Source: Acidimicrobiia bacterium (GTDB lineage: Bacteria; Acidobacteriota; Vicinamibacteria; Vicinamibacterales; CAVVIG01). Taken from it: a stretch of DNA of 64,000 nt. This document shows, in pieces, positions 27,457 through 36,479 of this stretch; position 1 is the first letter of the stretch, and each line of letters starts with the position of its first letter. The notes under the pieces are model-generated. The model was not told the DNA's origin. It worked only from the letters and a program-made list of their open reading frames with translations, and did not search any database. A program made the translations under genes and the position numbers. The stretch spans positions 646 to 64,645 of the forward strand of contig VFZL01000013.1 in assembly GCA_016871175.1 (NCBI GenBank). Reading direction: 5' to 3'.

Positions 27457-27743
27457 CGTGGGGCCGAGCGACCGCGACGTGCTCCGCGGCGTGCTGACGG
27501 ACATGATTCGGCTCCATCAAGGGGCGCCAATGGCGATCCGTGGCCGATACTCGCGCGCGTGTTCATGCGGCGGGTCGAGGCCGTGGGACGCGCTGGTGAC
27601 GCGGCGGTCGGCATCACGACGAACGGTCGATCGCCGAATGGCGTGAAGGCAGTGGCGCGCGCACAGGACGTGCAGCGGACGTTGTTGCACGCGACGGGCG
27701 CCCTAGTCGCACTTGCGGTGAGCGAAGGCGGGTCAAAGGACAG

Positions 27744-28925
27744 ATGCCCGAAATTCGAACCGAGACGATGACCGTGAACATGGGGCCTCAGCACCCCAGC
27801 ACGCACGGCGTGCTGCGGCTCGTGCTGGAGCTCGACGGCGAGGTCGTCCGGTCCTGTGCGCCCACCATCGGGTTCCTGCACACCGGCATCGAGAAGACGG
27901 CGGAACAGAAGAAGTGGGTGCAGGTGATCCCGCTCGTCGAGCGAATGGACTACCTGAGCGCTCAATCGAACAGCATGGCGTACTGCCTCTCGGTCGAGAA
28001 TCTGCTCGGCCTGGAGGTACCGGAGCGCGTGCGCAACATCCGCGTGCTCATCGCCGAGTTGCAGCGCATCAACAGCCACTTGGTATGGCTGGGTACGCAC
28101 GGCATGGAAGTGGGCGCCGTGTCGGTGATGTTGTACTGCTTCCGCGAGCGCGAGCTGCTTCTGAATATCAACGAGATGCTCGCTGGTTTCCGGCTGTTCC
28201 CAAGCTACATGCGTGTGGGCGGCCTGCGCGAAGACCTGCCGCGCGGCTTCCACGAAGCCGTGCGGTCGTTCATCGATCGCTTGTCCGAGAAGCTGGGCGA
28301 GTACGAGGATCTCCTGACCAACAACGAGATCTACCTGAAGCGGACGAAGGGCGTCGGCATCATCTCCGGTGCGGACGCGGTCGCCTACGGGCTAGCGGGA
28401 CCCATCGCGCGCGCCGCGGGTGTCGGCTACGACGTTCGCAAGGCCTTCCCGTACCTGGGCTACGAGGCCTACGAGTTCCAAGTGCCGACGCAGGCTGATG
28501 GCGACGTCTACTCGCGATATCTGGTGCGTCTCGCCGAGATGCGCGAGAGCATGAAGATCGTCCGGCAGGCGCTCGACCGCGTGACGCCGTACGGTGTGTA
28601 CGCCGTCGACGATCCGCGGATCACGCCTCCGCCGAAGGACAAGGTCTACACCGAGATGGAAGCGCTCATTCAGCACTTCCTCATCTACTCCCAGGGGTTC
28701 ACGGTGCCGGTTGGCGAGGCGTACGTGCCGGTCGAGGGTCCGCGTGGGGAGCAGGGCTTCACCGTCATCTCAGACGGGACGAACCGACCGTGGCGGGTGA
28801 AGGCGCGGTCGCCCTCGCTCCTGGCGTGCCAGGCGTTGGAGCGGATGATCGTTGGCAACCAAATCGCTGACGTGATCGCCGTCATCGGCTCGATCGACGT
28901 CGTCATGGGAGACGTGGACCGGTGA
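27744..28925 (+). CDS. nuoD: NADH-quinone oxidoreductase subunit D
   Basis: 393 aa. Motif MTVNMGPQHPSTHGVLRL and C-terminal IGSIDVVMGDVDR. Confidence 0.95.
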   Translation: MPEIRTETMTVNMGPQHPSTHGVLRLVLELDGEVVRSCAPTIGFLHTGIEKTAEQKKWVQVIPLVERMDYLSAQSNSMAYCLSVENLLGLEVPERVRNIRVLIAELQRINSHLVWLGTHGMEVGAVSVMLYCFRERELLLNINEMLAGFRLFPSYMRVGGLREDLPRGFHEAVRSFIDRLSEKLGEYEDLLTNNEIYLKRTKGVGIISGADAVAYGLAGPIARAAGVGYDVRKAFPYLGYEAYEFQVPTQADGDVYSRYLVRLAEMRESMKIVRQALDRVTPYGVYAVDDPRITPPPKDKVYTEMEALIQHFLIYSQGFTVPVGEAYVPVEGPRGEQGFTVISDGTNRPWRVKARSPSLLACQALERMIVGNQIADVIAVIGSIDVVMGDVDR

Positions 28926-29524
28926 GCTTTCACCCTAAGATGGCGTATGACGCCACCTTTCACAAGTCGTCGCGCACGCTGGCCGATCCGGGTCCGCCGT
29001 TCACGTTCACGCCGGAGCGCCGCGCCAGGCTCGACGAAGTCCTGACGCGGTATCCACCGGACCGGAAGCGGTCGGCGGTGTTGCCCGCCTTGTACCTGGC
29101 GCAGCAGCAGCACGGGTACATTACCGGGAACGCCATGCGCCACATCGCCGAGATCCTGGAGATCACGCCAGCCGACGTGGAGGATGTCGTGTCGTACTAC
29201 ACGATGTTCTACACGAAGCCGGTCGGGCGGTTCGTGCTGAACGTGTGCCGCACGCTGTCGTGCGCGCTCAACGGTGCCGAGCGCGTCACCGAGGAGCTGT
29301 GCGCCAAGCTGCACATCAAGCCCGGCGAGACGGACACGAGCGGTACGTTCACCCTCGTGGAGGTCGAGTGTCTCGGTGCGTGCGATCGGGCGCCGGTCGT
29401 GATGGTCAACGACGCCTGGCACGAGTGCGTGTCGCCCGAGTCGGTGGGGCACATGCTCGATAGTCTGCGGACTCGCGGTGAGTCCGCGCTGACGGGATGT
29501 CATCTGGCGGTGGAGAAACGATGA
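28922..29524 (+). CDS. nuoE: NADH-quinone oxidoreductase subunit E
   Basis: 200 aa from GTG 28922 (ATG 28940 is an alternative). [2Fe-2S] motif CRTLSC..CLGACDRAP. Confidence 0.9.
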   Translation: MSFHPKMAYDATFHKSSRTLADPGPPFTFTPERRARLDEVLTRYPPDRKRSAVLPALYLAQQQHGYITGNAMRHIAEILEITPADVEDVVSYYTMFYTKPVGRFVLNVCRTLSCALNGAERVTEELCAKLHIKPGETDTSGTFTLVEVECLGACDRAPVVMVNDAWHECVSPESVGHMLDSLRTRGESALTGCHLAVEKR

Positions 29525-29576
29525 GCCACGCCGCACGCGGGACTGCGACGAAGCACGGAATGGAGACATCGCGCTG

Positions 29577-30878
29577 ATGGAACCGCTGCTGACCCAAGAC
29601 GTGCGCAAGCCGAACGGATACACCCTCGACTTCTATGTGGAGCACGATGGGTACGCCGGCTTGCGGAGGGCGCTCGGCATGGCGCCCGACCAGATCATCG
29701 AGATGGTCAAGGCATCGGGACTGCGCGGGCGTGGCGGCGCTGGCTTCCCGACGGGCACGAAATGGCAGTTCGTGGACAAGAAGTCGCCGAACCCTCGCTA
29801 CATCGCGTGCAATGCCGACGAGAGCGAGCCGGGGACCTTCAAGGATCACGTGCTGATGGAGCGCAACCCGCATCTGCTTATCGAGGGCTGCGCGATCGCC
29901 TGTTACGCGATCGGGGCGAAGGTGGCCTACATCTACATCCGGGGCGAGTTCCTCCACGTCCAGCAGGTTCTCGAGGCGCAGATCGCCGAGGCCTACAAGG
30001 CCGGTTATCTCGGCAAAAACATCCTCGGCAGCGGCTTCGATTGCGACGTCTGGATTCACCGAGGTGCGGGCGCGTACGAGGCTGGTGAAGAGACGGCGTT
30101 GCTCGAGTCACTCGAGGGGAAGCGGGCTCAGCCGCGCAACAAGCCTCCATTTCCGGCAGTGGTCGGTCTCTATAACTGTCCGACCGCCGTCAACAACGTC
30201 GAGACGCTCTGTAACGTCCCCCTCATCGTGAAGAACGGCGCGGAGTGGTTCGCCGCCCTGGGTCCCGAGAAGAACGGCGGACCGAAGCTGTACTGCATCA
30301 GCGGGCAGGTGAAGCGGCCGGGCGTGTACGAAGCGTCGATGCACGTCACGTTACGTGAGCTCATCGAAGGGGAGCGATATGCGGGCGGCGCCCGCGAGGG
30401 GCGGACGCTGAAGGCCATCATCCCAGGTGGGTCGTCCGTACCGGTTCTGTTGCCCGAGCAACTCGACGTCCCCGCGAGCTTCGATGCCGTCCAGAAGGCC
30501 GGTTCACTGCTCGGCTCGGCGGGCATCATCGTGTGCGACGACACGACGTGTATGGTGTGGCTCGCCGAGAACTTGCTTCACTTCTACCGTCACGAGTCGT
30601 GCGGCAAGTGCACGCCCTGCCGCGAAGGCACCGACTGGCTGCACAAGATCCTTCATCGTATTGAACGGGGCGAAGGGCAGATGCGCGACCTCGATCTGTT
30701 GGCCAGCATCAGCGCGCAGATCGGCGGGAAGACGCTGTGTGCCTTCGGTGACGCCGCGATCACGCCCGTGCAAACCACCCTCAAGCATTTCCGCCACGAG
30801 TACGAAGCGCACATTCGAGAAGGCCGCTGCACGCTCGTCGCCGACTGGCGTGCGCGGCAGCCGATCGGGGCGCACTGA
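29577..30878 (+). CDS. nuoF: NADH-quinone oxidoreductase subunit F
   Basis: 433 aa. Motifs GLRGRGGAGFPTG, NADESEPGTFKD and ESCGKCTPCREG. Confidence 0.95.
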   Translation: MEPLLTQDVRKPNGYTLDFYVEHDGYAGLRRALGMAPDQIIEMVKASGLRGRGGAGFPTGTKWQFVDKKSPNPRYIACNADESEPGTFKDHVLMERNPHLLIEGCAIACYAIGAKVAYIYIRGEFLHVQQVLEAQIAEAYKAGYLGKNILGSGFDCDVWIHRGAGAYEAGEETALLESLEGKRAQPRNKPPFPAVVGLYNCPTAVNNVETLCNVPLIVKNGAEWFAALGPEKNGGPKLYCISGQVKRPGVYEASMHVTLRELIEGERYAGGAREGRTLKAIIPGGSSVPVLLPEQLDVPASFDAVQKAGSLLGSAGIIVCDDTTCMVWLAENLLHFYRHESCGKCTPCREGTDWLHKILHRIERGEGQMRDLDLLASISAQIGGKTLCAFGDAAITPVQTTLKHFRHEYEAHIREGRCTLVADWRARQPIGAH

Positions 30879-30881
30879 GCC

Positions 30882-31907
30882 ATGAACCAGGCCGTGGTCG
30901 CCGAGGTCGTCATCCTGGTCGCGGTATTCCACGCGCTGCTCCTGTCGGCGGCGGCGATGGTGTGGGTGGAGCGCAAGGTCGCTGCGTGGCTCCAACAACG
31001 ACACGGCCCGACCCTGGTGGGCTATGCGGGGCTGCTGCAGCCCTTCGCCGACATCATCAAGCTGATCTTCAAGGAGGAGCTGAGGCCCGCGGCGGCGGAC
31101 AAGTGGCTGTTCTACCTCGCCCCGGCCATCTCCGCCGCCTGTTCGTTCGCGGCATTCGCCGTCGTGCCCTTTGGCGCCGAGACGACGTTCTTCGGGCTGC
31201 TGGACGAGCCGGTGAAGCTCCAAGTGGCGGATGTGAACGTCGCCGTGCTCGTCATCTTCGCGATTGGATCGATGAGCGTGTACGGCATCGTGCTGGCCGG
31301 CTGGGCGTCGAACAGCAAATACTCGCTGCTTGGGGCACTGCGGTCGTCGGCGCAGATGATCAGCTACGAGCTCTCGTACGGGATGGCACTCGCGTCCGTC
31401 CTGGTGATGGCGAACTCGATGTCGTTGACCGAGATTGTCAACGCCCAGGACGGCGCCTGGTTCGGCTTCATCCCGCGTTGGTTCATCTTCGTGAACCCGA
31501 TTGGCGCGCTCATCTTCATGACGGCTGGCGTGGCGGAGACCAATCGCGCACCGTTCGATTTCCCGGAAGCGGAGCAAGAGTTGGTGGCCGGATACCACAC
31601 CGAGTACAGCTCGATGAGCTTCGCGCTCTTCTTCCAGGCCGAGTACGTGAACATGGTCACCGTGTCCGCGGTGACGACAGATCTCTTCCTGGGCGGTTGG
31701 CACGGACCGCTGATCCCTGAGTCCTTCGGGTGGATCTGGTTCTTAGTCAAGACAGGCTTCCTGCTGTTCTTCTATGTGTGGATGCGGTGGACGCTGCCGC
31801 GCTACCGCTACGATCAGCTGATGGCGTTCGGCTGGAAGGTCCTGCTGCCGCTGTCGGTCGTGAACCTGCTGTTGACGTCTGCGTGGGTGATCTACTTTGG
31901 GTTCTGA
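30882..31907 (+). CDS. nuoH: NADH-quinone oxidoreductase subunit H
   Basis: 341 aa membrane protein. Motifs VERKVAAWLQQRHGP, ETNRAPFDFPEAEQELVAGYHTEYS and RYRYDQL. Starts 3 nt after the nuoF stop. Confidence 0.95.
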   Translation: MNQAVVAEVVILVAVFHALLLSAAAMVWVERKVAAWLQQRHGPTLVGYAGLLQPFADIIKLIFKEELRPAAADKWLFYLAPAISAACSFAAFAVVPFGAETTFFGLLDEPVKLQVADVNVAVLVIFAIGSMSVYGIVLAGWASNSKYSLLGALRSSAQMISYELSYGMALASVLVMANSMSLTEIVNAQDGAWFGFIPRWFIFVNPIGALIFMTAGVAETNRAPFDFPEAEQELVAGYHTEYSSMSFALFFQAEYVNMVTVSAVTTDLFLGGWHGPLIPESFGWIWFLVKTGFLLFFYVWMRWTLPRYRYDQLMAFGWKVLLPLSVVNLLLTSAWVIYFGF

Positions 31908-32457
31908 GGCGCTGCTCTTCTGGGTGTTCGGCCTTGTCACCGTGGTGGCATCGCTGCTCGTGATCGCGCAGCGGAACCCCGTGTACAGCGTCTTGCTGCT
32001 GATCGCTTCGTTTGCAGGGCTGTCCGGGCTCTACGTCTTGCTCGACGCCCCCTTCACCGCCGTCACGCAGATTGTGGTGTATGCGGGCGCGATTCTGGTC
32101 CTGTTCCTGTTCGTCGTGATGCTGCTTAACGCGCCGCACGAAGACACGGAGGAGGACATCGCCCGGCTCAAGACCATCAACGCGGCCACCGCACGACTGC
32201 GCAGCGGGCCGTTGCTCTTCGGTGCCCTGCTCGCCATCGTGTTCGTCGTGGAGCTCCTGTGGGCGCTCCGCCGGATCACCAGTGCTGGACGCTTCGATCC
32301 GGATGCGGCCGACGCGGTGAGCTCGGTCTCTGCGATCGGCCGCGTGCTGTTCACCGAGTATCAGTTCGCCTTCGAAGTCACCTCCGTGCTCATCATCGTC
32401 GCCATGGTGGGCGCGGTGGTTCTGGCGCGTCGCGAGCCAGCGGGGAAGAAGTCATGA
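31897..32457 (+). CDS. nuoJ: NADH-quinone oxidoreductase subunit J
   Basis: 186 aa from TTG 31897, overlapping nuoH by 11 nt. Motifs [10 protein letters not shown] and [17 protein letters not shown]. Confidence 0.85.
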   Translation: MGSEALLFWVFGLVTVVASLLVIAQRNPVYSVLLLIASFAGLSGLYVLLDAPFTAVTQIVVYAGAILVLFLFVVMLLNAPHEDTEEDIARLKTINAATARLRSGPLLFGALLAIVFVVELLWALRRITSAGRFDPDAADAVSSVSAIGRVLFTEYQFAFEVTSVLIIVAMVGAVVLARREPAGKKS

Positions 32458-32506
32458 CCGGATCGCGGGGCGTGGCGACACGCAGACGCGGCGAGGCGGG
32501 GGCAGC

Positions 32507-32809
32507 ATGCCGACGCTGACCCACTACTTGATTCTCTCGGCGGTCTTGTTCGCCATCGGAACGGCGGGCGTGTTCCTGCGCCGCAACGTGATCACGATCT
32601 TGCTCTCGATCGAGATCATGCTGAACGCCGTCAATCTGACGTTCGTCGCGTTCGGGCGCGCGCTCGGAAGCGTCGACGGCCAGATCATCGTGTTCTTCGT
32701 CATGACGGTCGCGGCGGCGGAAGCCGCCGTCGGGCTCGCGATCGTCATTACCCTCTTTCGGCACCGGGAGTCGTTGAACCCGGAAGCCTTCACGATGCTC
32801 AAGTGGTGA
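32507..32809 (+). CDS. nuoK: NADH-quinone oxidoreductase subunit K
   Basis: 100 aa, three TM segments. Motifs [12 protein letters not shown] and [11 protein letters not shown]. Confidence 0.95.
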   Translation: MPTLTHYLILSAVLFAIGTAGVFLRRNVITILLSIEIMLNAVNLTFVAFGRALGSVDGQIIVFFVMTVAAAEAAVGLAIVITLFRHRESLNPEAFTMLKW

Positions 32810-32813
32810 GCCC

Positions 32814-34925
32814 GTGCTGCTGCTGATCCCGCTGCTTCCGTTCATCGGCTTCCTCGTCAATGCCAGCGTGGGCCGACGGCTGTCCAAGGGCACGTCCGGA
32901 GGCGTGGCGTGCGCGGTGATGCTCGGCTCCTTCGGCATCTCGCTGGCGGCCGTGTGGCAGCTGATCGGGTTGTCCGCCGAGTCGCGCGTGATCGGGCAGA
33001 CGGTGTTCTCGTGGATCACCTCCGGGACCTTCCAAGCGGATTTCACGCTACGGCTGGACCCACTGTCCTCGCTGATGATCCTCGTGATCACCGGCATCGG
33101 GTCGCTCATCCACATCTACTCGACGGCGTACATGCACGGCGAGCGGGACGCGGACTTCGCGCGCTACTTCTCGTACTTGAACCTGTTCGCGGCGTTCATG
33201 CTCGTCCTCGTGCTCGGCTCGAACTTCCTCGTGATGTTCGTCGGCTGGGAAGGCGTCGGCCTCTGCTCGTACCTGCTCATCGGCTTCTACTACGATAAGA
33301 AGTCGGCCGCCGATGCTGGCAAGAAGGCCTTCATCGTCAACCGGGTTGGCGACTTCGGTTTCGTGCTGGGGGTCCTCCTGTTGTGGGTCCAGTTCGGGAC
33401 CATCGAGATCCAGGAGATCGCCCGGCACGTGGCGGCGCTGCCGGTCGAGACCTCATTCGGTGTGCTGTCGCTCGCCACGCTCTTGCTCTTCGTCGGAGCC
33501 ACAGGAAAGTCCGCGCAGATTCCGCTCTACGTCTGGCTCCCGGACGCGATGGAAGGTCCCACCCCCGTGTCCGCGCTCATCCACGCCGCGACGATGGTGA
33601 CGGCGGGTGTGTACATGATTGGCCGGAACGCCGTGCTGTTCGGCCATACGCCGGAGACGCTGCAAATTGTGGCGGTCGTCGGAGTGGCGACCGCGTTCTT
33701 CGCGGGCACGATCGGGCTCGTGCAGCACGACATCAAGCGTGTGCTGGCGTATTCGACCGTGTCGCAGCTCGGCTACATGTTCTTGGCGATGGGTGTGGGT
33801 GCCTGGGGAGCCGGCATCTTCCATCTCTACACGCACGCGTTCTTCAAGGCGTGTCTCTTCCTCGGCTCCGGCGCGGTCATTCACGCGCTGGGCGGTGAGC
33901 AGGACATCACCCGCATGGGTGGCCTGAAGAAGGATCTCCCGATCACCTACTGGACGTTTCTGATTGCCGCAATCGCGATCGCCGGTGTCCCGGGCCTCGC
34001 GGGTTTCTTTTCGAAAGACGAGATTCTCTTCAAGACGTTCTCGAACGGTCACACGGTGATGTGGGTGGTCGGCGTCCTGACCTCGCTCCTGACCGCGGTC
34101 TACATGTTCCGCCTCGTGTTCCTGACGTTTCACGGCGAGCGGTGGACTCCCTCGCTTGCCGAGGTTCATGCTCAAGCCGCGCCAGCGGCCGAGACCTCAC
34201 GCGGCGCGAGCGGGCACGACCTGCATGCCGGTGGTCACGGACGTGATCAGGGCGGGCACGATGGTGATGGCCACCGCACGGGCCACCTGCACGACGCGCC
34301 GCGCGCCATGGCCCTCGCGCTGATTGTCCTGGCGATAGGGTCCGTGCTCGCCGGCTATATCGGTTTGCCTCATGCGTTGGGTGGCTCCAACAGACTCGAG
34401 GCCTACCTCGAACCGAGCTTTACCGCTCACGCGGAGCGCGAGCCTGGCGCCGCGGCCGTCACGGAGCCGGCCGGCGTCGATCACGAGGAGCCGGATGGTG
34501 CGCCAGGGCAGGGCGAGGGTCACGAGACCGGGAACACTGCGACCGAGCTCGCGTTGATGATCGTCTCATCGCTCATCGCGCTTGGCGGGATCGGCACGGC
34601 CTATTACTTCTTTCTCGCGAACCCATCGGCGTCCCAGCGCGTGGCCCAGAGTGCTGGTGGGTTACGCACGTTGCTCTCAAACAAGTACTACGTCGACGAG
34701 CTCTATGACGCCGTGATCGTCCAGCCGATCAAGAACACGTCCGAAGAAGCCCTCTGGAAGCGCATGGATGCGCAGGTGATTGACGGGGCGGTCAACGGCA
34801 CGGGGTGGAGCATCCGCGGTCTGAGCGATGTGCTGCGGTTGCTCCAGAGTGGTTCCATCCGGACCTATGCGGCCTCGCTGCTGTTGGGCGCCGTGCTGGT
34901 CCTCGGCATGTACCTGTGGTCATGA
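32814..34925 (+). CDS. nuoL: NADH-quinone oxidoreductase subunit L (with a His/Gly-rich loop insertion)
   Basis: 703 aa from a GTG start. Motifs WEGVGLCSYLLIGF and IHAATMVTAGVY. Carries an extra low-complexity segment, GHDLHAGGHGRDQGGHDGDGHRTGHLHD (34212-34295). Confidence 0.9.
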   Translation: MLLLIPLLPFIGFLVNASVGRRLSKGTSGGVACAVMLGSFGISLAAVWQLIGLSAESRVIGQTVFSWITSGTFQADFTLRLDPLSSLMILVITGIGSLIHIYSTAYMHGERDADFARYFSYLNLFAAFMLVLVLGSNFLVMFVGWEGVGLCSYLLIGFYYDKKSAADAGKKAFIVNRVGDFGFVLGVLLLWVQFGTIEIQEIARHVAALPVETSFGVLSLATLLLFVGATGKSAQIPLYVWLPDAMEGPTPVSALIHAATMVTAGVYMIGRNAVLFGHTPETLQIVAVVGVATAFFAGTIGLVQHDIKRVLAYSTVSQLGYMFLAMGVGAWGAGIFHLYTHAFFKACLFLGSGAVIHALGGEQDITRMGGLKKDLPITYWTFLIAAIAIAGVPGLAGFFSKDEILFKTFSNGHTVMWVVGVLTSLLTAVYMFRLVFLTFHGERWTPSLAEVHAQAAPAAETSRGASGHDLHAGGHGRDQGGHDGDGHRTGHLHDAPRAMALALIVLAIGSVLAGYIGLPHALGGSNRLEAYLEPSFTAHAEREPGAAAVTEPAGVDHEEPDGAPGQGEGHETGNTATELALMIVSSLIALGGIGTAYYFFLANPSASQRVAQSAGGLRTLLSNKYYVDELYDAVIVQPIKNTSEEALWKRMDAQVIDGAVNGTGWSIRGLSDVLRLLQSGSIRTYAASLLLGAVLVLGMYLWS

Positions 34926-36478
34926 CGTTTCCCATGCTCACCACGATCATTGCGCTGCCGGTCATCGGCGCCTTGCTGCTCTTCGCGTTCCGCGACGACG
35001 AAGCGCAGGCGCCGAAGGTCCGAAAGGTCGCTCTGGCCGTCTCCCTCGTGGTGTTCGGCCTGACATTGTGGCTCTGGAACCAATTCGTGCCGACATCGGC
35101 GGAGTTCCAGTTCGTCGAACGCCATGCCTGGATTCCCATGTTCGGTATCGACTACGCCATCGGCGTCGACGGCATCAGCCTGCTGCTCGTTGTCCTGACC
35201 GGGTTTCTGACGCCGATTGCGTTGCTGTGCTCCTGGGAATCGGTTCATCAGAAGACGCGCGCGTTCTGCATGCTCGTGTTGCTGCTCGAGAGCGCGATGA
35301 TCGGCGTCTTCGTGTCTCTCGATCTCTTCCTGTTCTACGTGTTCTGGGACGCCATGCTCATCCCGATGTACTTCCTGATCGGGATCTGGGGGTACGACCG
35401 CCGCATCTACGCCGCCATCAAGTTCCTGCTCTACACCATGGCGGGCAGCGTGCTGATGCTGCTGGCGATCCTGGCCTTGGCGGTCATGCACCAGCAGCAA
35501 TTCGGCAGCTACAGCTTCGACCTGCGGCGGATGTACGAGCTCCGGATCGCCGAGAATCTCCAGGTGTGGCTGTTTCTGGCCTTTGCGCTCGCCTTCGCCA
35601 TCAAGGTGCCGCTCTTCCCGTTCCACACCTGGCTCCCGGACGCGCATACCCAGGCGCCCACCGCCGGGTCGGTGATCCTGGCGGGCGTCTTGCTGAAGAT
35701 GGGCACGTACGGGCTCGTGCGGTTCGCGTTCCCCCTGTTCCCCGGCGCGGCATTGGCGCTCTCGCCGTACCTGGCGGTGCTGGCGGTCATCGGGATCATC
35801 TACGGGGCTCTCGTGGCGATGGTGCAGCCGGACATGAAGAAGCTGGTGGCGTACTCCTCGGTCAGCCATCTCGGCTTCGTCGTGCTCGGTATCGCGGCGT
35901 TGAACACGCAAGGGGTTGAGGGCGCCGTCTACCAGATGCTGAACCACGGCGTCAGCACGGGTGGCCTGTTCCTGGTGGTCGGCATGCTGTCCGATCGCCG
36001 ACACACCCGCCTGATCTCGGAGTACGGGGGGTTGAAGAAGGTGACGCCGCGGCTGGTCGCCGCGTTCTTCGTGATCACGCTGTCCTCGATCGGCTTGCCA
36101 GGCTTGAACGGGTTCGTGGGTGAGTTCCTCATTCTGTTGGGCGCGTTCGCGCGCCATCGGACCCTCACCGTCGTGGCGGCGACGGGCGTGATTCTGTCGG
36201 CCACCTACATGCTCTGGATGTTCCAGCGGGTGAACTACGGGGCCATGACCAATCCGAAGAACGCGACCCTCCACGACCTGACGCTGCGCGAAAGCGTCGT
36301 CCTGGTGCCCATCATCGCCTTGTGCGTGATCATGGGGATGTTTCCCAACCTCTTCCTGCGACCGATGGCGCCGTCGGTAGAGCGGATGCTGGATCGCGTG
36401 CACGTGAACAGTGAGGTGCACGCTCGTGTCCCGGTTCCATCAGCCTCGCCCCTGGCGGCACGCGGTGTGGAGCGCTGA
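34922..36478 (+). CDS. nuoM: NADH-quinone oxidoreductase subunit M
   Basis: Start at ATG 34922 (ATGA overlap with the nuoL stop). 518 aa. Motifs FPFHTWLPDAHTQAPTAGSVILAG and AYSSVSHLGFV. Confidence 0.9.
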   Translation: MTFPMLTTIIALPVIGALLLFAFRDDEAQAPKVRKVALAVSLVVFGLTLWLWNQFVPTSAEFQFVERHAWIPMFGIDYAIGVDGISLLLVVLTGFLTPIALLCSWESVHQKTRAFCMLVLLLESAMIGVFVSLDLFLFYVFWDAMLIPMYFLIGIWGYDRRIYAAIKFLLYTMAGSVLMLLAILALAVMHQQQFGSYSFDLRRMYELRIAENLQVWLFLAFALAFAIKVPLFPFHTWLPDAHTQAPTAGSVILAGVLLKMGTYGLVRFAFPLFPGAALALSPYLAVLAVIGIIYGALVAMVQPDMKKLVAYSSVSHLGFVVLGIAALNTQGVEGAVYQMLNHGVSTGGLFLVVGMLSDRRHTRLISEYGGLKKVTPRLVAAFFVITLSSIGLPGLNGFVGEFLILLGAFARHRTLTVVAATGVILSATYMLWMFQRVNYGAMTNPKNATLHDLTLRESVVLVPIIALCVIMGMFPNLFLRPMAPSVERMLDRVHVNSEVHARVPVPSASPLAARGVER

Positions 36479-36479
36479 G

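Noticed and set aside
30504-31703. Long antisense or out-of-frame ORFs in the track, for example 30504-31703(-) 399 aa, 34865-36421(-) 518 aa, 15442-16440(-), 54502-56103(-) 533 aa, 60720-61673(-) and 5949-7343(+).
   Set aside because: They lie opposite or out of frame to genes with unambiguous family motifs (nuoH, nuoM, ABC-F, alr/radA, gltX, ilvD). Their translations are Arg/Gly/Pro/His-rich with no motifs. This is the expected stop-codon-poor shadow of high-GC coding sequence.
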